Shown here in pieces: positions 25,409-32,000 of a DNA stretch of 32,000 bases. The notes under the pieces are model-generated. The model was not told the DNA's origin. It saw only the letters and a list, made by a program, of their open reading frames with translations, and searched no databases. The translations under genes were made by a program, and so were the position numbers. This DNA comes from Staphylothermus hellenicus DSM 12710 (lineage in GTDB: Archaea; Thermoproteota; Thermoprotei_A; Sulfolobales; Desulfurococcaceae). The DNA is taken from NCBI RefSeq assembly GCF_000092465.1, contig NC_014205.1:90001-122000 (forward strand), in the 5' to 3' direction. The stretch's first letter is position 1. Every line of letters starts with the position of its first letter.

Positions 25409-25607
25409 TTAAAACCTAACATCTTCACCATGCATTATCTATTAAAAACATATTATATTTTCACATAACATTTAAGCGGATCAAATGAGAAATATTGTTA
25501 ATAACTAGTATGTTCTAACTGCTTCAACAATATTCATGGCAGTAATCAACAGAAATAATCATTACTAAAAACATTAAATAATCATCCCTCCTAAGAAATG
25601 CAAAACT

Positions 25608-25633
25608 GATTCTATACTTGCTTGTATAGAATC
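25608..25633. other. perfect 10-bp stem / 6-nt loop hairpin downstream of the transporter gene
   Basis: GATTCTATAC-ttgctt-GTATAGAATC, about 70 nt 3' of the minus-strand stop at 25701. Function unknown (terminator-like or protein-binding palindrome). Confidence 0.2.
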
Positions 25634-25700
25634 TATTATATTCTAAGAGGCAAAATATTTCTGGGATTAATAAAAACTACTAGTGTGTCATTATACGGAG

Positions 25701-26936
25701 TTATTTTGCCCACCATTTCCTTATTTTCTGCGAGAGTTTTAGGTATCCTACTAGGAACGGTATCTGCAATATCGGCGTTATTGCTGGAGGAATGGCCATT
25801 AAACCCATTCCTGCCGCAACAGCGATTGCGATAGCTGTTCCCTCATTTTTCCCTACCGAAGTGAATACTATGGCCATGTGATCCTCGTAGTTCAAACCTA
25901 TTTTCTTATCAAGATAAGTCATAAGTAATAATGTTATTGAATAGTATAAAGCCAGAGGTATTATTACCATACCTACAACGGATGGTTTACTAGCTAGGAG
26001 CTTAGCTTTTTCCATAAATATAAGCGCCACTATCGCGAACATACCGAGAATAGATATAGATGGAAACAACGGTCTTAGCCTTTCAAAACCCTTAACCCCC
26101 ATCTTGCTCAACAGCAAGATACGTGTAATATAACCTAAGATCAAAGGTACAATTACAACGATAAGTATTGTTTTAATCAACAACCATGCAGATACAGAGA
26201 GATGGTAAGCGCCAGCAAATATGCTGAGCCAGCCTGGAACAGTTACTATTGCTAGCGTAAAGCTTAGAGCAACAATTACTGTGGCCAATTCTATATTGCC
26301 CTCAGATAAACCTGTATATGCTATTGCCATTGATGAACAAGGAACGACTGTGGCAAGGATAAGTCCTAGAGAGAGAACTGGGCTCATATGTAGTAATAGG
26401 GTTAAACCAAAAACAAGTAGTGGAGCATAAATGAGACCAATGAGTATAGCAAGAGTTAACTGCTTCCATGATTTAGATGCTTTGGCTAATGCTTCTATTC
26501 TAAGATTGATCATCATCGGATAAATCATTGTAATAACTACGATCATGTTTAAGGTGCTAAATATGTTTTTATAATGTTCTACATTAATATGTAATCCCGC
26601 AATAAATCCTAAAATCATGGCTACAACAACGTATGGAATCAAATACTTGTCTAAGTGAACCTTTAGCTTCATAAAATCTATTGTCTCCACTAATTGCTTT
26701 ACAGTGCTCTTAATCTTCTTCTTAATATTATCAAGTGAGAGGTTAATCATTGGATAAGTTGTCATTAATATTTGATAAATTGCCATGAATATTCTAAGGA
26801 TAATGAATTCAGATAGTTTTAATAAGTTTATTAAATAATATCCAGTAATCAAGCCCATGGCTATTGCTAGAGTTGAATACAGCGGCATATTGGTGGCCAG
26901 GTTCTTCTGCATCTTCTTTATGTTCATTTTGCTCAC
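25701..26936 (-). CDS. ACR3 / bile acid:Na+ symporter (SBF) family transporter with N-terminal extension
   Basis: MIYPMMINLRIEAL, VVPCSSMAIAYTGLSEGNIELATVIVALSF and SVGKNEGTAIAIAVA fit the ACR3/SBF pattern. Start is GTG 26936 or ATG 26927. Confidence 0.7.
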   Translation of the reverse strand: MSKMNIKKMQKNLATNMPLYSTLAIAMGLITGYYLINLLKLSEFIILRIFMAIYQILMTTYPMINLSLDNIKKKIKSTVKQLVETIDFMKLKVHLDKYLIPYVVVAMILGFIAGLHINVEHYKNIFSTLNMIVVITMIYPMMINLRIEALAKASKSWKQLTLAILIGLIYAPLLVFGLTLLLHMSPVLSLGLILATVVPCSSMAIAYTGLSEGNIELATVIVALSFTLAIVTVPGWLSIFAGAYHLSVSAWLLIKTILIVVIVPLILGYITRILLLSKMGVKGFERLRPLFPSISILGMFAIVALIFMEKAKLLASKPSVVGMVIIPLALYYSITLLLMTYLDKKIGLNYEDHMAIVFTSVGKNEGTAIAIAVAAGMGLMAIPPAITPILQIPFLVGYLKLSQKIRKWWAK

Positions 26937-26945
26937 CAGATCTTA

Positions 26946-27028
26946 TGTGCATATGCTTATAATTTTTCACGTATATGTGCATATGCACACACCTTAATAA
27001 ATTTTTTCATTAGAAATTTGTGCATATG
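26946..27028. promoter_or_regulatory. three copies of a TGTGCATATG(CACA) palindromic operator-like motif in the transporter promoter region
   Basis: tgtgcatatgc (26946-26956); perfect 14-nt palindrome tgtgcatatgcaca (26976-26989); tgtgcatatg (27019-27028). TATA-like elements (cttataattttt, tttatataag) lie between and next to the copies. Confidence 0.55.
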
Positions 27029-27076
27029 TTTATATAAGAAGAATTAACTAGTCATAGCCTATAGAATATAGAATAG

Positions 27077-27151
27077 CGCCGCCGCCGGGATTTGAACCCG
27101 GGTCACGGGCTCGACAGGCCCGCATACTATTCCGGGCTATACTACGGCGGC
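27077..27151 (-). tRNA. tRNA-Asp (GUC)
   Basis: Reverse complement: acceptor GCCGCCG/CGGCGGC, anticodon stem CGGGC/GCCCG with loop CTGTCGA, T arm CCGGG-TTCAAAT-CCCGG, discriminator G. No intron and no encoded CCA. Confidence 0.9.
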
Positions 27152-27250
27152 TTTTTTCCGTGTTTTTATTGTTTTTGTTTTTGGGTTTTTATGTTTTATG
27201 GGTTTTATTTTTATTATTTTATATTGTATTTTGTTTTGGGGTGGTGTTTT

Positions 27251-28489
27251 GTGGAGGATTTCATTGATCTTGTTTTGGCTTTGTTTTTAGCTTTTAGTGT
27301 TGGTCGTTTGTTGGAGGAGGGTTTTTCTCGTTTGGGTGTTCCTTCTGTTTTGGGTGATTTGACTGTTGGTATTATTTTTGGGGCTAGTTTGTTGGGTTGG
27401 TATCCTGTTGGGGGTGTTGTTAAGGCTTTTTCTGTTTTTGGCGTGTTTTTGCTTTTGTTTTATGCTGGGCTTGAAACTAGGTATTCTGAGTTTATGCGTA
27501 GTTTGCCTGTTTATGGGATTATTACGTTGGGCGAGGTATTGGTTGCTTTTAGTCTTGGATACATTATAGGTGTTTCGTTTGGTTATCCTCCTAAATCTGC
27601 TTATTTTGTTGGAACAGTTCTTGTAGCGACGAGTGTTAGTGTATCTATTAAGACGCTTGTTGAGATAAATAAGCTTCATACCTTGGAGGGATACACGGTT
27701 ATGGGGATAGCTGTCCTAGATGATTTAGCAGCGCTTATAACAATTGTTGTGGGTGCATCCCTGGTAAAAACAGGCACGATTAGTTTTGGAACAGTATCTG
27801 AAATATTATTAATAGCTATTTCTGCATGGCTCATAATCGTAGTACTCCTACACAGATATGGAAGCTATATATCGAGACTAGCCAGCCACTTACACACAGA
27901 TGAATCTATCCTAGTATCTATTTTAGCAACAGTGTTTGGACTAACACTGTTATCACAATACATTAACTTATCACCACTAGTAATAGCATATGCTGCAGGG
28001 CTAGGGTTCTCAGAGGCGTGGGGCTCGAGAACAGTAGCTGAAAAAGTTAGATTATTAGCAGTACTATTCTCACCATTATTCTTCATAACAACCACTGCAG
28101 AAATAGATTTAAAAACAGCTATTGTGCCACAATATATACTATTTTATACGGTAATGATTATAGCAGCCTTCGTAGGCAAATTATTAGGGGGAGGGCTAAC
28201 ATCTTTCCTAGTAGGCTACCCGGCATGGGCCTCGCTCAGAATAGGAGTAGGCTTGTTTCCAAGAGCTGAATTCTGCATTATAGCAGCGTATATGGGTTAT
28301 TCATACCATGTTATCGGAGCAGATGTGTATTTGGCGGCACTACTAATAATTGTGGCAACCAACTTTTTAACTCCACCAATACTCAAATATGTATATTCTC
28401 ATGGGCCACAATATGACCCATTAAAATTTAAGCCTAAAATAGTATTATTCATGGAGAAATTAATGAGGAAAACAAAGAGAACAGGGTGA
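27251..28489 (+). CDS. cation:proton antiporter (CPA2 / Kef-NapA type, Na+/H+ exchanger family)
   Basis: LALFLAFSVGRLLEEGFSRLGVPSVLGDLTVGIIFGASLLG is the typical CPA N-terminus, followed by about 12 TM helices. The ORF-track start at 27092 lies inside tRNA-Asp, so the start was moved to GTG 27251 (ATG 27191 also possible). Confidence 0.75.
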   Translation: MEDFIDLVLALFLAFSVGRLLEEGFSRLGVPSVLGDLTVGIIFGASLLGWYPVGGVVKAFSVFGVFLLLFYAGLETRYSEFMRSLPVYGIITLGEVLVAFSLGYIIGVSFGYPPKSAYFVGTVLVATSVSVSIKTLVEINKLHTLEGYTVMGIAVLDDLAALITIVVGASLVKTGTISFGTVSEILLIAISAWLIIVVLLHRYGSYISRLASHLHTDESILVSILATVFGLTLLSQYINLSPLVIAYAAGLGFSEAWGSRTVAEKVRLLAVLFSPLFFITTTAEIDLKTAIVPQYILFYTVMIIAAFVGKLLGGGLTSFLVGYPAWASLRIGVGLFPRAEFCIIAAYMGYSYHVIGADVYLAALLIIVATNFLTPPILKYVYSHGPQYDPLKFKPKIVLFMEKLMRKTKRTG

Positions 28490-28499
28490 ACACATATAA

Positions 28500-29816
28500 G
28501 TGTATGGCATACTAGTATTATCACTGCTCATATTAATGATTATACTGGTAGCCATAGGCAAACCTAGTAGGGAATATATTGGATTAATACTGATAATAAC
28601 CCTTCTAATAACAAGAACAATTAGCATTGAAGAATTCATATTATATGTGAACTGGGATGTTTTAGGCTTAATTGTTGGAATGAGTATGTTCTCAATACTC
28701 TTGGAGGAGTCGGGCATCGTAGAGTTAGTCTCAATATATATACTTAGAAAAACAACATCGCCGAGAAACATATTGTTTCTATTAACCCTAACAGCAGGAC
28801 TTGTAAGTATAGCATTGGAAAATGTGACAGTAGTACTGTTATTTGCACCTATAGCGTTCAATATAGCGAGAAAACTCGGAATAAAACCGACATATATGAT
28901 TATAGGTATAGCTCTAGCATCAAACATGGCTGGCTCCGCAACAATGATCGGGGATCCGCCGGCAATAATTGTGGCAGGCCACTATGATCTATCGTTTGCA
29001 GACTTCATAATATACAATGGTAAACCATCCATGTTCTTCATAACACTCGTGCCAATGATAATATCAACATACATATACACTATATTATCAACCCACGAGG
29101 AGGTAGAACCAAGAATTGGCATAATCCAAGCAAACAAAAACAGCTGGGAGAAAACAAACAATATAGTAAAGGATAAGTCTTTCTTAGCAGAAGCACTATT
29201 ATTCCTAACTATAAAAATAACACTGCTCAGCATTAGAGAAACAATAAAGCTCCCACTTACACTTATAGCAGTAATCGGTGTAGGAGGATTAATAACGACA
29301 AGAATACTTTTACATCGAGACACTGAATCAGTAAAGAAAAGTATAAGAGAAGGCTTCGACTGGAAACTCCTCCTATTTCTAATAGGAGTATTCGCTCTCA
29401 GCGGCGCATTTGCAAAATATGGGTTAGCTAATAAATTTGCAGAGGCATTGCTCAAGATCAGTGGAGATAATATATTTATAATTACAGGTATACTTATATG
29501 GTTATCCGTAGCATTCTCAGCAGTAATAGATAATACACCATATGTAGCCACAATGATCCCGGTAATAGATAGTATTGCTGAAAACCTAGGCGTAGAACCA
29601 TTGAGAATTGCGTGGGCGCTTTTATTAGGTGCAACTCTAGGGGGAGGAATAACATATATTGGGGCATCAGCGAATCTAGTAGCGGTTAGATTATTGGAGA
29701 ATAGAGGCTATAGGGTCACATTTACAGATTTCATAAAGAAAAGCCTGCCATTCAACTTATCTAACCTACTAGTAGGATGGCTACTATACATTGTTTTCTG
29801 GATCATATGGTTTTAA
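28500..29816 (+). CDS. ArsB/NhaD-superfamily (citrate-transporter-like) anion permease
   Basis: IGIALASNMAGSATMIGDPPAIIVAG and LGATLGGGITYIGASANLVAV are the paired signature segments of this family. Polytopic. Confidence 0.7.
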   Translation: MYGILVLSLLILMIILVAIGKPSREYIGLILIITLLITRTISIEEFILYVNWDVLGLIVGMSMFSILLEESGIVELVSIYILRKTTSPRNILFLLTLTAGLVSIALENVTVVLLFAPIAFNIARKLGIKPTYMIIGIALASNMAGSATMIGDPPAIIVAGHYDLSFADFIIYNGKPSMFFITLVPMIISTYIYTILSTHEEVEPRIGIIQANKNSWEKTNNIVKDKSFLAEALLFLTIKITLLSIRETIKLPLTLIAVIGVGGLITTRILLHRDTESVKKSIREGFDWKLLLFLIGVFALSGAFAKYGLANKFAEALLKISGDNIFIITGILIWLSVAFSAVIDNTPYVATMIPVIDSIAENLGVEPLRIAWALLLGATLGGGITYIGASANLVAVRLLENRGYRVTFTDFIKKSLPFNLSNLLVGWLLYIVFWIIWF

Positions 29817-29868
29817 ACATAGTATGGATACTGTATAGAATAATAAATTAAAAAATAAGCTATACTAC

Positions 29869-30861
29869 CTATATTAGCAACGCTATAATTAGTGCAGCGA
29901 TGGCGAGGGTTACTGGGTATTTCCATAGAAACCTAACTCCCTGTGTAGGTTTAAATCTCGGCATAACATTGTCTATTACAGATAATAATATGAATACTAC
30001 TATGAACTTGGCAAAGATAACTAGTAAGCCTCCGATATAGTTTGTAGAGATATCGATAGGCCATGAACCACCTAGGAATAGTAAAACATATATTATTGGA
30101 ACAACTATTCTCTCAGCAAACAATATAAAGAATGCTAATGCAAGTCTAGGCCCACCATACTCTGTAAATATACCCCAATATATTTCGCCTTCAGCTTCTG
30201 GGAAATCAAAAGGTTTAATCTCCAATATCCCCATCATGGCGAGAAAACCTGCGATCGCCGCAATTATCATTGCTATGAGGGAGAATACATTATCGGTCCA
30301 TAACTGATAAGATATTAGCGATGATCTATATAGGCTATATTCCACGCCGGGATCTATTTTTGAAGCAATAATCACTGGCACCAAGAAACTACTAATATAT
30401 GCAGGCTCGGCACTGACAAGTAAAGCCATATACCTGCCAACACCAAGACTTGTATAGGGATTAGGGGTTGCTAATCCTAGAAACATTATTGATAAACTAG
30501 CCCATAACGCTAGATAGAAGAATAATATGATGTCGAATGGTGCATGAACAGGGTCATATGCTAACGGCGTCATCAATGTCAATACAGTTATTGCACCAAC
30601 ACCTAAAGCAGCAATAATAACAGGGGCTATCTTCGCCGAATACCTCGATACAACATCTTCCTTAAGCAACAGCTTCATGAGATCAGCGAATGGTTGTAGA
30701 AGACCAAACGGCCCAACATATGTTGGTCCCCGCCTATACTGTACTCTGCCAGCAACTTTTCTATAGATCCACTGCGTAAATATTATCATTATTATTATGA
30801 ATAATAAGCCAGGATATAATAGAGATTGTAAGGTATAGGAACCTAGATCTCCCCATGTCAT
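29869..30861 (-). CDS. NuoH/MbhM/HycD-family membrane subunit of an energy-converting complex
   Basis: RKVAGRVQYRRGPTYVGPFGLLQPFADLMKLLLKEDV matches the NuoH-family R..A..Q.R.GPN.vGp.GllQ..aD..Kl..KE motif. Confidence 0.8.
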   Translation of the reverse strand: MTWGDLGSYTLQSLLYPGLLFIIIMIIFTQWIYRKVAGRVQYRRGPTYVGPFGLLQPFADLMKLLLKEDVVSRYSAKIAPVIIAALGVGAITVLTLMTPLAYDPVHAPFDIILFFYLALWASLSIMFLGLATPNPYTSLGVGRYMALLVSAEPAYISSFLVPVIIASKIDPGVEYSLYRSSLISYQLWTDNVFSLIAMIIAAIAGFLAMMGILEIKPFDFPEAEGEIYWGIFTEYGGPRLALAFFILFAERIVVPIIYVLLFLGGSWPIDISTNYIGGLLVIFAKFIVVFILLSVIDNVMPRFKPTQGVRFLWKYPVTLAIAALIIALLI

Positions 30862-30867
30862 CCATGA

Positions 30868-31218
30868 TCACCCATAAACATATGCTAATACAATTATAGT
30901 TAACAACAATACAAGCATCCATGCGAACCAATTATTTAAAATACTTGTTCCACCGCCCTCCTCAATAATTTTAGAGAGTTTTGGAAGGGATCTTTTAATA
31001 ATATCGGTGAACACGTGTGAGACAGGTGCAGATAAAGTCTCCTCTGTGTATTCTTGGCCGCACATTACAACTTCTTCTTTTAACCTACTCGGGCTCTTCA
31101 GCTTCTCCCCATAAATCTTACCTAATAGTTTATAGAGGATCAAATATATAATTATTCCATTTAAAACCGCTAACCCGGTCACCAGTAGAGTTGCTATATA
31201 GATATCTAACCCATTCAT
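30868..31218 (-). CDS. small two-TM membrane subunit (MbhI/NuoA-like?) of the same complex
   Basis: TM helices at both ends with an amphipathic loop, 116 aa, sandwiched in the operon 6 nt upstream of the NuoH-like gene. The family assignment is tentative. Confidence 0.4.
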   Translation of the reverse strand: MNGLDIYIATLLVTGLAVLNGIIIYLILYKLLGKIYGEKLKSPSRLKEEVVMCGQEYTEETLSAPVSHVFTDIIKRSLPKLSKIIEEGGGTSILNNWFAWMLVLLLTIIVLAYVYG

Positions 31219-31234
31219 TAATGCTCACCCCTCT

Positions 31235-31747
31235 CTAATCAAATATTTTCTTAGCATATTTCTCAAAAACACTAGAGATATGCACCCATGCCCCCTCATC
31301 TGATAGGTCAACTGCTCTTATCCAGTGAACATAGAGGTGTTTCTTGTTCTCATCGACATCGATAGTTATTGTTCCAGGGGTATTTGTTATTGAATTAGCT
31401 ATGGTTGTAACAGCATAATCTGTTTCTACACTATAGGGTATTCTCACAATTGCAGGCTTAACATTTGATGGTTTAAATATCAACTTTATAACCTCCCAGT
31501 GAGCTTTCGCTTCTATTATGGTGAAATATAGTATTGCATAGACTAAGCCCCAAAACCACCTAATAGGACTATATATTTTTCCAGCGTTTCTTACTACAGC
31601 ATCACCGAATAGGTAAGCTACAAATACAGCAACAATTATTCCCAGTAATAACTCGAACAAACTATATGATCCAGTGTAGATTAGGTAAATAATTATTAAT
31701 GGAATAATTAACGCTATAATTGCTTTCACTTTATCCACTCTTCTCAC
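31235..31747 (-). CDS. MrpE/MnhE-family subunit (Na+/H+ antiporter / Mbh module)
   Basis: Two N-terminal TM helices, then AIVRIPYSVETDYAVTTIANSITNTPGTITIDVDENKKHLYVHWI, matching the MnhE ..itLTPGT..vd......l.vH.l pattern. Confidence 0.7.
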   Translation of the reverse strand: MRRVDKVKAIIALIIPLIIIYLIYTGSYSLFELLLGIIVAVFVAYLFGDAVVRNAGKIYSPIRWFWGLVYAILYFTIIEAKAHWEVIKLIFKPSNVKPAIVRIPYSVETDYAVTTIANSITNTPGTITIDVDENKKHLYVHWIRAVDLSDEGAWVHISSVFEKYAKKIFD

Positions 31748-32000
31748 CTCTAATTTTCTTCTCCAACAATCTTACATCCAGTGTTCCATATTTTTGGTAG
31801 AGAAGCAATGTTACATAGCCAAGGAATACGAGAACAGCTAGCCCGATTACTATAGCTGTAACAACTAGGACTTGTGGAATGGGGTCAACAGCTTCTCCAG
31901 CGAAATTCAATAATTCATTGTAACCAGCAACCGGGTGATCTGTAAATGATATTCCCGGGAATACTGGCGGCTTAATCATGCCTGCGTGGACACCGATCAT
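31731..32000 (-). CDS. MrpC/MnhC (NuoK-like) subunit, 5'-partial at window edge
   Basis: DPIPQVLVVTAIVIGLAVLVFLGYVTLLLYQKYGTLDV matches the MnhC C-terminal dPlPQALvLTAIVIgfa...y...gt.d motif. It overlaps the MrpE-like gene by 17 nt, and the frame is open to nt 32000. Confidence 0.6.
   Translation of the reverse strand: MIGVHAGMIKPPVFPGISFTDHPVAGYNELLNFAGEAVDPIPQVLVVTAIVIGLAVLVFLGYVTLLLYQKYGTLDVRLLEKKIRGEKSG

Noticed and set aside
27092-27250. ORF-track N-terminal extension of the antiporter (MNPGHGLDRPAYYSG...FYCFCFWVF)
   Set aside because: It starts inside tRNA-Asp on the opposite strand and runs through the T/G-rich promoter tract. The conserved CPA N-terminus begins only at about 27251.
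27287-27679. 130-aa minus-strand ORF rich in N/K/T/Q/R
   Set aside because: It is the antisense reading of the G+T-rich 5' part of the antiporter gene. It is low-complexity and has no start context.

Overview
AT-rich (roughly one-third GC by eye) chromosomal window that looks archaeal, most like a hyperthermophilic Desulfurococcales-type crenarchaeon. Support: an intron-containing tRNA-His with an encoded G-1, a tungsten-type aldehyde:ferredoxin oxidoreductase, Mrp/Mbh-type membrane subunits, HEPN-MNT and AbrB modules, TATA-like boxes 20-30 nt upstream of starts, and frequent GTG/TTG starts. Layout: (1) 1-1566: housekeeping genes (GDPD, pyroglutamyl peptidase) and tRNA-His. (2) about 1.6-10.3 kb: an accessory, defence-island-like block next to the tRNA. 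It holds a type II R-M pair, an uncharacterised three-gene operon ending in a wHTH/PD-(D/E)xK nuclease protein, 1.2 kb of decayed non-coding DNA and a HEPN-MNT pair, and it ends at a 5'-truncated SDR gene. (3) 10.8-15.6 kb: a transglutaminase-like protein, a GC-rich structured patch, secreted proteins, a Cys-rich ORF and a scrambled AbrB cluster. (4) 15.9-24.3 kb: a PiT transporter, a small HExxH protein, AOR, and a divergent radical-SAM cluster (rSAM fragment, EamA exporter, B12-rSAM, SPASM-rSAM). (5) 24.4-32 kb: Usp, an ACR3/BASS transporter with a decayed paralog and palindromic operators, tRNA-Asp, two ion transporters and the end of an Mrp/Mbh-like operon. The best candidate for an undescribed system is the operon at 4348-8284. 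No CRISPR array, transposase, integrase or rRNA was seen. All functional calls come from motif reading by eye; no database search was run.
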